This document shows, one piece after another, positions 1 to 9,341 of a DNA stretch of 64,000 nucleotides. This DNA is from an uncultured Gemmatimonadales bacterium. GTDB lineage: Bacteria; Gemmatimonadota; Gemmatimonadetes; Longimicrobiales; RSA9. A program made the position numbers and the translations under genes. The stretch is taken from NCBI GenBank assembly GCA_963783305.1, contig CAWAMW010000007.1:96001-160000 (forward strand), written 5' to 3'. The notes beneath the pieces were generated by a model. The model was not told the origin of the DNA and made no database searches. It was given only the letters and a program-made list of their open reading frames with translations. Numbering within the stretch: the stretch's first letter is position 1; every line of letters starts with the position of its first letter.

Positions 1-378
1 CCCGTCCCACGTCACCGCCCCATCCTCCCGCTTCTGCAGGGCGCCCAGCATGCACGCGCTCGCACACGCCGGGTCCACACAGTGCATGCACTGCTCCTTG
101 CGCAGCACACGCTCCCCCCAGAAGTCGTACTTCCTGATCACCGTCAGCGACGTCGGGCTCAGCTCGTTCTGCGTACCGAATCGCTCACTGCCAAAGTTCG
201 ACGCCGCGCACCCCCGCACGCACTCCTTGCATCCGACGCAGCGTGTTGAGTCATAGAGAATCGAAACGGCGTCGGGTGAAGCCGCCTTCGCCTCCCGGGC
301 CATCGCCCGGGCAGGCAAGGCCGCTGTCGCTCCCGCCGCCGCCAGTGTCTGAAGTGCAGCTCTACGCGTGATGCCCAT
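1..378 (-). CDS. Tat-exported 4Fe-4S dicluster protein, HybA/FdnH/DmsB-like (N-terminal part; runs off window start)
   Basis: Not in ORF track; manual translation from ATG 378: MGITRRAALQTLAAAG (twin-Arg signal) ... ILYDSTRCVGCKECVRGC ... KEQCMHCVDPACASACMLGALQKREDGAVTWDG, two ferredoxin-type Cys motifs. Confidence 0.85.
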   Translation of the reverse strand, partial: MGITRRAALQTLAAAGATAALPARAMAREAKAASPDAVSILYDSTRCVGCKECVRGCAASNFGSERFGTQNELSPTSLTVIRKYDFWGERVLRKEQCMHCVDPACASACMLGALQKREDGAVTWDG

Positions 379-531
379 TGTGTCCCACCCCTTGCTCGTC
401 ACCGACCGCGTTCGTCACGGCGGCCTGCGCCGCACGCCCACGGTCCTGCCGTTCCGGTTTCCGAGAACCGAGCTCTCGTCGCTCGGTCAGCCCCTTCCCG
501 CGATCTCTCTCCTGATTCCGCTGTCCAGGGC

Positions 532-642
532 TCAGGTGCCCGGGCGATGCCCGGTCTCATGGTGATGCTCATGCCGCCACGCCAGCAGGCGGTCCACTCC
601 CAGCATCCCGAAGAGAATCAGTATGAAGACGAAGAATGCCAT
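532..642 (-). CDS. Small single-TM protein with His-rich tail (36 aa)
   Basis: Manual translation MAFFVFILILFGMLGVDRLLAWRHEHHHETGHRPGT*; strong SD GAGGAGGG just upstream of ATG. Confidence 0.55.
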   Translation of the reverse strand: MAFFVFILILFGMLGVDRLLAWRHEHHHETGHRPGT

Positions 643-785
643 GGTTCCCTCCTCAGTGGCCTCTCCGGTCCCGTTCCGGTCCGGCAGGTGACTGCCTCGT
701 CTGGCGATCCCGCTGCCCGTCGAGGCCGGCCCGGAGAGGCCTTTACTGTGGTATCGGGGACTACGATCTGCCGGACCGGATACCC

Positions 786-830
786 GATTGACTTTTACCT
801 ACAACAATAATTAACCTGATCAATCAAAAA
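786..830. promoter_or_regulatory. AT-rich promoter/operator region upstream of the leftward Fe-S operon
   Basis: AT-rich island in GC-rich DNA; minus-strand TATTGTTGTAGGTAA (795-809) matches TATTGTTGCGGCTAA (1367-1381, +) at 12/15. Confidence 0.45.
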
Positions 831-1028
831 AGCAAGAGGGGGGTCTGTGGGGAGGGAAGAAGGCGTCTCCTGGACCGCTCCGGCGACGGAAGAAGCGGGG
901 GCAGGGGGAGGGCGGGCCTGGAGGACCGGGAGTGGGAGAGCGGGGGGTGGGGGAGGGGGCGCCGACGCAAGAAAATGGGCCGGACCCCCTCCAGGGAGCC
1001 CGGCCCGTGTGCGTGTTCGGAGCGTCGT

Positions 1029-1247
1029 TCAGGCGCTCCGCGCCAGATCCATAGATTCCGTGCGGCCGATCGCCGCCTGCAGGTCATCCATCACCGCGTA
1101 AAGGCCCACCAGCGCGCCTTCCTCCTCGCAGGGGAGGACATCCAGCTCATACAGGGCCTCTGTGAGGGCGTGACACAACTCCTCCCTCATCACATCGCAG
1201 CACCGGCAGCGGCCCGTCGGTTTCGCAGGTCCTGACCGCCGTCGCAT
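1029..1247 (-). CDS. Small hypothetical protein with CxCC motif (72 aa)
   Basis: ATG 1247 preceded by GGGAGG; MRRRSGPAKPTGRCRCCDVMREELCHALTEALYEL... Confidence 0.4.
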   Translation of the reverse strand: MRRRSGPAKPTGRCRCCDVMREELCHALTEALYELDVLPCEEEGALVGLYAVMDDLQAAIGRTESMDLARSA

Positions 1248-1384
1248 CGTCGCCTCCCGTCGTGGGATTACTCCGTGCACGACCGGGCCCATAAACCCGG
1301 CCTTAGTCAATATTAAACCCCCGTTACAGAATCGCAAGTTTGGAAGAACAGGTATCGGGGGCTATATATTGTTGCGGCTAAGTA

Positions 1385-2056
1385 TTGTCCGTCGGCCGCC
1401 CCCCGGGGCCGGCGAATTCCAGCGAACAGGTGGAGCGAATGCGGGACGGAGAGCGGATCGGTCTGATCCAGCAGGTCATGGGAGCATCGCACGTCTTCTG
1501 CACGACGGTGAACGAGATGCTGGAGCGCTCGCTGGAGGAGGCGAGTGAGGATCGGCTCGTGCTGTCGCAGGTGAAGCTGCTCCTTCTGATCGGGCGGCCG
1601 CACCAGCGTTTCAAGGTAACGGACGTGGCGGATTTCCTTGGCGTGACGAATGCGGCGGCGAGCCGGTCGATCGATCGGCTGGTGCAGCGCGGGCTCGTTG
1701 ATCGGACGGTGTCGAAGGAGGACCGGAGAGCGGTGGACCTGACGTTGACGGAGGAGAGCGAGGCGCTGCTGGATCGGTTCGAGGAGGTGCGGAATCGTGA
1801 GCTGCTCCGGGTGATGGGGGACTACCCGCCGGAGAAGATGCTTGAGGCGGTGTCGCTTCTGGACGAGCTGACGGTGCGTCTGGCGGAGCTGGAGACGGAG
1901 TCGGAGAAGCGGTGCCTGCGGTGCGGTGTCCATTTCCGGGACGGCTGTGTCATGCGTGACGTGCTGGACCGGGAGTGCGTGGTGGCGCGGGACATGTACG
2001 GTCCGCGGGAGGGGGGCGAGTCCGAAGAGGATACGCGGGTGGCGGAGGCCTCCTGA
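1385..2056 (+). CDS. MarR-family regulator with C-terminal four-Cys extension (start may be ATG 1439)
   Basis: wHTH signature VTDVADFLGVTNAAASRSIDRLVQRGLVDRTVSKEDRRAVDLTLT; tail CLRCGVHFRDGCVMRDVLDREC. Confidence 0.88.
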   Translation: MSVGRPPGPANSSEQVERMRDGERIGLIQQVMGASHVFCTTVNEMLERSLEEASEDRLVLSQVKLLLLIGRPHQRFKVTDVADFLGVTNAAASRSIDRLVQRGLVDRTVSKEDRRAVDLTLTEESEALLDRFEEVRNRELLRVMGDYPPEKMLEAVSLLDELTVRLAELETESEKRCLRCGVHFRDGCVMRDVLDRECVVARDMYGPREGGESEEDTRVAEAS

Positions 2057-3306
2057 GGCGGACTGTCGAAGGGGAGGCGGACGCACCCGCTCCCCCTGCG
2101 AGTCGCTGGGCGATCCTCGCGCTCCTGAGTGGGGCGGAGCTTCTGGGGATGTCGCTCTGGTTCACGGCGAGCGCGGTATCGCCGCAGCTCGGCGAGATGT
2201 GGGGCCTGAGCGCGGGCCAGGCCGGTTGGCTCACCACGGTGGTCCAGCTCGGGTTCGTCGCGGGCACCGCGGTGGCGGCCGTTCTGAACCTCGCTGACAT
2301 CCTCCCCGAGCGCCCGTATTTCGCGGCTTCCGCCGCGCTCGGCGCTCTCATGAACGCCGGGCTGATCGTCGCCACCGACTATCAGCACGCGCTCGTCCTC
2401 CGTTTCCTCACCGGCTTCTTCCTGGCCGGCGTGTATCCTCCCGCCATGAAGATGATTTCGACCTGGTTCCGGTCGTCGCGGGGACTGGCGATCGGAACGG
2501 TGGTGGGTGCGCTCACGGTAGGGAAGGCGGCGCCCTATCTCGTGAATGCGTTTGCCGAGGCGAGCATCGCCCTGGTGGTGGGGACGGCGTCGATCGGGGC
2601 GGTCGTGGCCGCGGCACTCGTCCTCGGTGGCTACCGGCCGGGCCCATTCGAGTTCCCGCGGCGGCCGTTCTCCTGGCGGCTGGTGGGGACCGTGCTGCGG
2701 CACGGGCCTACGCGGCTCGCCATTTACGGCTATCTGGGCCACCAGTGGGAGCTGTATGCCATGTGGACCCTCATTGCCCTCTTCTTCCACGACGCTTTTG
2801 CCGCCGCCGGACCGGCGGGGAGCCCGGCGGCGTTCGCGGGCGTCGCCGCGTTCGCGGTAATCGCCGCGGGTGGGGCCGGATCGGTGCTGGCCGGAGTCTG
2901 GGCGGATCGCCTGGGACGGGAGCGCGTCGCGATCTGGGCGATGGCCGTGAGCGGGGCGTGCTCCCTTGGTGTTGGCTGGCTGCTGGCGGCGCCGGTGTGG
3001 CTGCTGATCACGATCTGCCTCGTCTGGGGCTTCTCCATCGTGGCGGACTCGGCGCAGTTCAGCGCCATTGTGACCGAGGTGGCTCCGAACCACGCCGTGG
3101 GCACGGCCCTCACGCTGCAGACTTCACTCGGCTTCGCGCTGACCGCCGGGTCCATCTGGGTGGCGGTGGAGGTGTGGAGCCGCTGGGGGTGGGGGCCTGC
3201 GTTCAGCCTGCTGGCGATCGGACCGGCGTTCGGGATCGCGGCGATGATCCGGCTGAAACAGAGCCGTTCCGGTGCCGCTTCGAATCCTCGTACGATCCGT
3301 CGTTGA
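2053..3306 (+). CDS. MFS transporter (start uncertain; frame open from 1975)
   Basis: About 12 hydrophobic segments; GVWADRLGRER MFS loop motif; ADSAQFSA motif. Confidence 0.85.
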   Translation: MRRTVEGEADAPAPPASRWAILALLSGAELLGMSLWFTASAVSPQLGEMWGLSAGQAGWLTTVVQLGFVAGTAVAAVLNLADILPERPYFAASAALGALMNAGLIVATDYQHALVLRFLTGFFLAGVYPPAMKMISTWFRSSRGLAIGTVVGALTVGKAAPYLVNAFAEASIALVVGTASIGAVVAAALVLGGYRPGPFEFPRRPFSWRLVGTVLRHGPTRLAIYGYLGHQWELYAMWTLIALFFHDAFAAAGPAGSPAAFAGVAAFAVIAAGGAGSVLAGVWADRLGRERVAIWAMAVSGACSLGVGWLLAAPVWLLITICLVWGFSIVADSAQFSAIVTEVAPNHAVGTALTLQTSLGFALTAGSIWVAVEVWSRWGWGPAFSLLAIGPAFGIAAMIRLKQSRSGAASNPRTIRR

Positions 3307-3354
3307 CGAGCGTGCAATGCCTGCGGTCTGGGGTGCGGCCGAGGGCCCGAGTCG

Positions 3355-4578
3355 TCACGGGTCGAGTACGGTCTCGATCCGTACTCCCGCGCTCAGTGTT
3401 CGGTGCACGGGGCAGCGGTCGGCGATCTCCAGGAGCCGGGTTCGCTGCTCCTCGTCGAGCGGACCGACCAGGGTGATCTCCCGATCCAGGCGGTCCAGCC
3501 GGGCCTCGTCTGTCTCGCACCGCTCCTCGTCCTCGGCGTGGACCTTCGAGTGCTTCATCCGGACGACGGCCTCCTCGAGCGGCCACTCTTTCCGGTCCGC
3601 GTACATTCGAAGCGTCATGGTCGTGCAGGCGCCCAGCGCCGCGGCCAGCAGGTCGTACGGAGTGGGGCCCAGGTCCTCACCGCCCACGGTCTTCGGCTCA
3701 TCGGCGATCACGGAGTGGCCGCGGGCTAGAACCTCCGTCCGGAAGGCGCCCGCTGCGGTGCGCGCCACCACCCGGTTGTCCTTGCGGAGCTCTTCCACCG
3801 TTACCGGCGCGGGCGTATCCGGAAGGTATCTCCCGGCCCAGGCGGCGAGCACGGATCCCACGTAGAGGGAGTCGCCCTCCCGGAGCAGGAGGTGGTCGGC
3901 GTCGTCCAGCGAGACGAAGCTCTTGGGGTGCCGGGCTGCCTTGTAGATGAGCGCCGCGTTGTCGATGCCGACGGTGTCATCGACGGGCGAGTGGAAGATG
4001 AGGAGAGGTCGGCCGAGGGAGCCGATCACCTCTTCCATGTGACGGCCTTCCAGGTCGCGGACGAACTCGCGGCTCAGGGTGAAACGGCGGCCCGCCAGAG
4101 ACACGTCCGCCTTCCCGCGCTCCTCGATCTCATCGAGGGCGTCGACGAACAGGTTCTTCACGTGCGCCGGATCGAACGGCGCCCCGATGGTGGCGATGGC
4201 CCGCACCGACGGCATGCGCGCTGCGGCCTGGAGGACGGCGGCGCCGCCCAGCGAATGGCCCACCAGGATGGCTGGTGCCTCGTACCGTCGCTGCATGAAT
4301 TCGGCGGCCGCCACCAGGTCTTCGATGTTCGACGTGAAGTTGGTTTCGGAGAAGTCGCCGTCGCTCTCTCCCAGTCCGGTGAAGTCGAACCGCAAGACGG
4401 CGATCCCCCGCTGGGTCAGCGCCCGGCTGATGTTGACCACCGGCTTCAGATCCTTCGAGCAGGTGAAGCAGTGGGCGAACAGGGCGCACGCCCGGACGTC
4501 CCCATCCGGCGGGAGGCCGAGACGCGCGCTGAGGTCGACACCGTGAGCGCCGGGGAAGGTGATCCTCTCGTTTCTCAT
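3355..4578 (-). CDS. Bifunctional alpha/beta hydrolase - OsmC family protein
   Basis: FAHCFTCSKD, LRFDFTGLGES, GHSLGG nucleophile elbow; C-terminal DEP..GG.DLGPTPYDLL..ALGACT and CPVHRTL OsmC motifs. Confidence 0.92.
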   Translation of the reverse strand: MRNERITFPGAHGVDLSARLGLPPDGDVRACALFAHCFTCSKDLKPVVNISRALTQRGIAVLRFDFTGLGESDGDFSETNFTSNIEDLVAAAEFMQRRYEAPAILVGHSLGGAAVLQAAARMPSVRAIATIGAPFDPAHVKNLFVDALDEIEERGKADVSLAGRRFTLSREFVRDLEGRHMEEVIGSLGRPLLIFHSPVDDTVGIDNAALIYKAARHPKSFVSLDDADHLLLREGDSLYVGSVLAAWAGRYLPDTPAPVTVEELRKDNRVVARTAAGAFRTEVLARGHSVIADEPKTVGGEDLGPTPYDLLAAALGACTTMTLRMYADRKEWPLEEAVVRMKHSKVHAEDEERCETDEARLDRLDREITLVGPLDEEQRTRLLEIADRCPVHRTLSAGVRIETVLDP

Positions 4579-4770
4579 GACTCGCCTCCGTGATCCTGAA
4601 GCCGCAAAAATAGACCCCTCACCGCCGTCTCCGGTCAACCTCGCAGGGCCCGTCGTATCACCGGTCACCGGGACCGCCGTCCGTCTCCTGCTCCGGGATC
4701 TTCTCGAACAGGCGGCGCCGGAGCGACGAGGGGCCCGGGAGCGCCCGGGCGACACTTCGATCCCGGGACC

Positions 4771-6708
4771 TCAGCCGGGGCGGGCGATCGGAAGCGTGAA
4801 GCGGAACGTGGCTCCGGCCCCCGGTTCACTCTCGACCTCGATCCGGCCCCCATGGGCCTCCACGATGGTCCGGGCGATCCAGAGACCCAGCCCGGCGCCG
4901 GAGCGCCGCCCGCCCTCCCCCTGCCAGTAGCGGTCGAAAACGTGCGGCAGATGAGCGGCGGAGATACCCGATCCGGTGTCCGCGACCCGGAACATGACCT
5001 CCCCGGTCAGCGCTTCGGCTTCCACGCGGATGGCGCCCCCGGCGGGCGTATGGGAGAGGGCGTTGGAGATTAGGTTGCTCAGGACCTGCTGGATACGCGC
5101 AGGGTCGGCCTGCACGGGGGTCTGGGGCGCACCCTCGTCCGCGAGCGCCACGGACTGAATGTCCGCCAGCGGCTTGAGTGCATCAATGGCCCTCCGGATC
5201 AGGGTGCGGGGCTCGCACGTCTTCGGGATGACCTTCAGACCATTTCGTCCTACGCGAGCGGCTTCCATCAGGTCCTCGACGAGCCGTTTCATCTGATCGA
5301 TCGCGCGATGCATGACGTCGACCTGCGTCCGCTTCTGCTCCGCGGTGATGTCCTCCAGCAGGAGCGAGCTGGCCATGGCCAGGATGCTGAGCGGGTTGCG
5401 CAGGTCATGGCTTACGACCGCCAACATGTGGTCGTGCTGTTGGAGAGCCAGGCGCGCCTCCTCGTACGCCTCCTCGAGCCGCCGCTGCGCCTCTTTCCGC
5501 TCCCGCAGGTCGATGCCGATCCCCACCCGCCGCTCGTCGGTGAGCTGGATGTTGGCCCAGCACGTCGCCACGAGGGACCCGTCCTTTGCCGTCATGTCGA
5601 GGTCGCGCCACCCCCCCTCCAGCGATTGCATGAACGAGCGGACCTCGGCCCGCTGCTCCGGGTCCGGGTAGCAGAGCTGCATCACGTCGTGCTCTCGGAG
5701 GTCGTCCTCGGTCCAGCCGAGGAGCCGCTCGAACTCGCGGTTCAAGCGGACGCTCTGAAGGGCCGGGTCGTACACCGAAACCATTACCGGGATGGCCTCG
5801 ATGAGCCGCTCCAGCAGCTCCCGTTCACGCCCCAGCAAACCCTCCGTACGCTCCTGCTCTCTGACCGCCGCGCTCAGCCGCCGGATCCGCGCGCTTCGCT
5901 CCGCTTCCGCTTCCGCCAGTTCCGCTCGTGCCTCGTCCAGGAATCGGGCGTGGGTGGCCGAGAGGTCCAGCTTCGACGCGAGCAGGTCGAACGTCGCTCC
6001 CACGGAACGGAGCGGTTGAGCCCGCGCAGCGATCTCCGCAGGGGCCGCGGGACGGGTGCCAGGCTCCGCGGCCAGGGCGAGCTCGATACCGCGGGCGAGC
6101 GACAGCGCCCATCCCCAGGCGTGGACGTGCGCGTGCTCGTTGGGCACGGACAGATCCAGGACGCCCGCGACCTCGCCATCGCCGCCATGGACAGGCACGC
6201 CGATGCACGTCCACTCCACGTAGCTGTCCTGGAAGTGCTCCGGGCCGATGAGGATCACCGCCTCCGCCTCCGCCAGGCACGTACCCACCCCGTTGCACCC
6301 AATGTGGCGCTCGTGCCAGGAAGCGCCCTCTACCAGATTGGTCCGTCGGAGCTCTTCCACGTCCAGCCCGGGGCCCGACAGCGCCCGCAGGATCACGCCC
6401 TCCCGGTCCGACAGCGCCACCACGTGCGCCTGATCGGCGAGCGCTTCATGGACCTGGGCCAGAAAGGGTTCGGCCGCCCGCATGAGGCCGCGGTTCCTGT
6501 TCTGCCCCCGTTGGAGACGGCCCTCGTCGATCTCCTGCGTATGGGTCTCCCGTGGATCGACCCCGTACGCCCGGGAGCGGGCCCAGGAGCGAAGCACAAG
6601 CGGCCGTACCGAGTCCGGAACGGCCTGTCCTGCGAGGTACGCTTCCCGCGCGGCCGCAAGGTCGGCCATCGGCCGGGTCGGGACGCGTTGGGTGGGATCT
6701 CCTGGCAC
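4771..6708 (-). CDS. Sensor histidine kinase, GAF (AcoR/DhaR type) + PAS + HisKA + HATPase (start 6669-6840 uncertain)
   Basis: SWARS..YGVDP and [17 protein letters not shown] motifs; SHDLRNPL H-box; NLISNA, DTGSGI, GAGLGL boxes. Confidence 0.9.
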   Translation of the reverse strand: MPGDPTQRVPTRPMADLAAAREAYLAGQAVPDSVRPLVLRSWARSRAYGVDPRETHTQEIDEGRLQRGQNRNRGLMRAAEPFLAQVHEALADQAHVVALSDREGVILRALSGPGLDVEELRRTNLVEGASWHERHIGCNGVGTCLAEAEAVILIGPEHFQDSYVEWTCIGVPVHGGDGEVAGVLDLSVPNEHAHVHAWGWALSLARGIELALAAEPGTRPAAPAEIAARAQPLRSVGATFDLLASKLDLSATHARFLDEARAELAEAEAERSARIRRLSAAVREQERTEGLLGRERELLERLIEAIPVMVSVYDPALQSVRLNREFERLLGWTEDDLREHDVMQLCYPDPEQRAEVRSFMQSLEGGWRDLDMTAKDGSLVATCWANIQLTDERRVGIGIDLRERKEAQRRLEEAYEEARLALQQHDHMLAVVSHDLRNPLSILAMASSLLLEDITAEQKRTQVDVMHRAIDQMKRLVEDLMEAARVGRNGLKVIPKTCEPRTLIRRAIDALKPLADIQSVALADEGAPQTPVQADPARIQQVLSNLISNALSHTPAGGAIRVEAEALTGEVMFRVADTGSGISAAHLPHVFDRYWQGEGGRRSGAGLGLWIARTIVEAHGGRIEVESEPGAGATFRFTLPIARPG

Positions 6709-6954
6709 GTGCGAACCGCCTGAAAACGCGTGGTCGAGACCACTGCTCGAGCGACGACTAAGGATAGCCAAGGTGTGCCCGGCTGCGTCCAACGGCAAGC
6801 AGTACGCTACCGACCGAGCCCTGCCGGCTTTCACCGCCACGACCCGCAGCCCGCCCCGGGTGATGTACGTTCTATGAACGCTTCACCACCCCCGGCTCGT
6901 ACAGGCGGAGCCGTGCGTGGGGGAGGCGTACCGGCATTGCCTATCGCGCGCCGG

Positions 6955-7704
6955 TCAGCCGAACAGCATGAGGACTCCCAGCCCCAGCCCGATCAGCGCG
7001 ACCACCCAGCGGAGCCGGTCGGCATTGACCTTCTGGATCATGTGCCCGGCGACCCAGCCGCCGGAAATGGCGCCGGCGGCCATGAGGAGCGAACTCTCCC
7101 AGCGGGCGGCGCCGATGGCGATAAAGTATACGACGGCAGGCAGCTTGATCATGACGGCCATGAAGTTCTTGATGCCGTTGGCGTGCTGGAGGTCATCCAG
7201 GCCGAGGAGCCCGAGCGTAGCGAGGAGGATCAGTCCCATCCCGGCGCCGAAGTAGCCGCCGTACATGGCGAGCGCGAACATCGCCGCCAATCCGACCGGG
7301 AAGGCGCCGAGGGAGTGGGGCAGGCTAGCGGCCCCGATGGACCGCCGCACCAGGGGCTCTACCGCCACAGAAAGGGCGGCAGCCATGACGAGGAAGGGTG
7401 CCAGCGCCGCGAAATAGCTCGGCGGAAGCTCGATCAGGAGCCACGCGCCGAGCAGCCCTCCGGCCAGCGCGGGGGCGGCGAGCCACAGGGTGCGGGGCCG
7501 GATGCGGAGAATGCGTTTCCGATAGCTCCACGCCGCTGCGACGCTGCCCGGCCACAGGCCGACGGAATTGGTGGCATTCGCCGCCACCGGCGGGATGCCT
7601 ACGAAGACGAGCACCGGAAAGGAGATGGCGCTCCCACCTCCCGCTACGGCGTTGGCCGCGCCCGCCGCCAGTCCGGCGGCGAACACGGCCATCAGGTCCC
7701 ACAT
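6955..7704 (-). CDS. Sulfite exporter TauE/SafE (TSUP) family protein
   Basis: AGAANAVAGGGSAISFP, ANATN, YGGYFGAGMG motifs; hydrophobic throughout; alternative ATG at 7722. Confidence 0.88.
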   Translation of the reverse strand: MWDLMAVFAAGLAAGAANAVAGGGSAISFPVLVFVGIPPVAANATNSVGLWPGSVAAAWSYRKRILRIRPRTLWLAAPALAGGLLGAWLLIELPPSYFAALAPFLVMAAALSVAVEPLVRRSIGAASLPHSLGAFPVGLAAMFALAMYGGYFGAGMGLILLATLGLLGLDDLQHANGIKNFMAVMIKLPAVVYFIAIGAARWESSLLMAAGAISGGWVAGHMIQKVNADRLRWVVALIGLGLGVLMLFG

Positions 7705-7734
7705 GTTCTCTGTGCCTGGCATCCCGCCAGGGTA

Positions 7735-8406
7735 CTACCGCCGCGGGACCAGCGCCACGTCCACCCTGCGGTCTCCGTTCAGGTCCGTCAGCTCGGCCAC
7801 GGGCAGAGACCCCGACCGGATCTGCAGCACTCGACCGCCGTTCTTCAGCTCCAGCCACCGCCCCTCCAGCGGCTGGCGCCCCCCGACGCGCGCCCGCTCG
7901 GCCTCGATCCGGCCGTACACCACGTCGCCCAGCACATCCATCAGGCCGCCGCGGTCGACCGCACCCCTGCGCCTGTCGCCGCCCCGCGGTGAGCCCAGGA
8001 TGATGTCGCCCCAGCTGCCTCGGTCCTCCCAGCGGCCCCCGATCCCGGTCCCGAGGCCGAACCCCTTGTCACGGCACCACTGTCGGCCGTGCACAGGGTG
8101 ACCCTCTCCGTTTCGGCAGAAGGGCGGACCCTTGCCAGCCTTGCTCCCCTTCTTCCCGCGCTCGCGCGCATTCTCACGCTCCCGCTCCCTTCGATCGTCC
8201 CGGTCGCTCCGGGCCCGGTCGTCGTCACGCCCCAGGATGATGTCTCCGATCGTCCGGTCGCCCCCGTTCCGGTCTCGGGCATCCGCCTTCAGCTCCTGGA
8301 GCGCCCAATTCCACCAGCCGTCGGTCGACTGCGCCTCCGCCTGCGCGGGTGCGCCGACCGCCAGCGCGGTGATGAGCGCCAGAATCACGTATCTCGATCG
8401 TGCCAT
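7735..8406 (-). CDS. Secreted hypothetical protein
   Basis: SD AAGGAGG; signal peptide MARSRYVILALITALAVGAPAQA; GPPFC..GHPVHGRQWC motif; C-terminal DLNGDRRVD. Confidence 0.7.
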   Translation of the reverse strand: MARSRYVILALITALAVGAPAQAEAQSTDGWWNWALQELKADARDRNGGDRTIGDIILGRDDDRARSDRDDRRERERENARERGKKGSKAGKGPPFCRNGEGHPVHGRQWCRDKGFGLGTGIGGRWEDRGSWGDIILGSPRGGDRRRGAVDRGGLMDVLGDVVYGRIEAERARVGGRQPLEGRWLELKNGGRVLQIRSGSLPVAELTDLNGDRRVDVALVPRR

Positions 8407-8618
8407 TCCTGCCTCCTTGCCTTGATGCCGGCATCTCCATGACCCGGTCATAGCAGGGGCAGGAGCCGTTCCGCGGACGTGCCTTGCGGCCATACACGTT
8501 GCGGCACAACGCGTCCAAGCGGTATAACGGGGGCGAGGGACCCATCCGAAGGTTCCGCGAATGTCCCCCATAGTGGACATTTTCGGCCCGGCCGGAGAGG
8601 ACACCGGGAAGGAGCGGC

Positions 8619-9341
8619 ATGTACGAGGCGGTGGTTGCAGTGGTGGCGGTGCTGGCGGGAGCCGTGGCTTCCGTCGCCGGGTTCGGCATCGGGTCGCTGC
8701 TGACGCCGGTGCTCTCCATTGAGCTGGGGACAAAGCTGGCCGTCGCGCTCATCTCCATCCCCCATTTCATCGGAACAGGGCTCCGGCTTTGGCGTCTGCG
8801 GGCGCACGTGAACCGCCGCGTGGTGCTGGGGTTCGGGATCGCGAGCGCCGCGGGCGGTGTGGTCGGTGCGCTCTTCCACGCGCAGGCGGGTAGTCCTCTG
8901 CTTGCGGGCGTGTTCGGGGTTCTGCTCGTCCTGGCGAGCACCACGGAATTGACGGGGCTCGCTCGGCGCGTGGAGCTCGCGGGCGTGGCGGCGTGGCTCG
9001 CCGGTGGTCTGTCCGGCCTGTTCGGCGGGATGGTGGGGAACCAGGGCGGGATCCGGTCGGCGGCGCTGCTGGGATTCCACCTCTCGCGGCATGCGTTTGT
9101 GGCCACCGCTACGGCCATCGCGCTCGCCGTGGATGTCGCCCGCATGCCGGTATACTTCGCCGTGGAGGGCGGGAACATCCTCCGGGAATGGCCGTTACTG
9201 GGGATTGCCGTGGCCGGAGTGGTCGTGGGCACCCTCGCGGGAGAGCGGATCCTGGGTCGGGTCCCGGAACGGATTTTCCGGACCCTGGTGGCGCTGCTGA
9301 TCCTGGCACTGGGTGTCTACATGCTGACCCGCGGATTCTGA
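8619..9341 (+). CDS. Sulfite exporter TauE/SafE family protein
   Basis: ASVAGFGIGSLLTP, GGLSGLFGGMVGNQGG; multi-TM; SD AAGGAG. Confidence 0.85.
   Translation: MYEAVVAVVAVLAGAVASVAGFGIGSLLTPVLSIELGTKLAVALISIPHFIGTGLRLWRLRAHVNRRVVLGFGIASAAGGVVGALFHAQAGSPLLAGVFGVLLVLASTTELTGLARRVELAGVAAWLAGGLSGLFGGMVGNQGGIRSAALLGFHLSRHAFVATATAIALAVDVARMPVYFAVEGGNILREWPLLGIAVAGVVVGTLAGERILGRVPERIFRTLVALLILALGVYMLTRGF

Noticed and set aside
814..828. FNR-like box near CTGATCAATCAA
   Set aside because: Half-site spacing does not fit TTGAT-N4-ATCAA.
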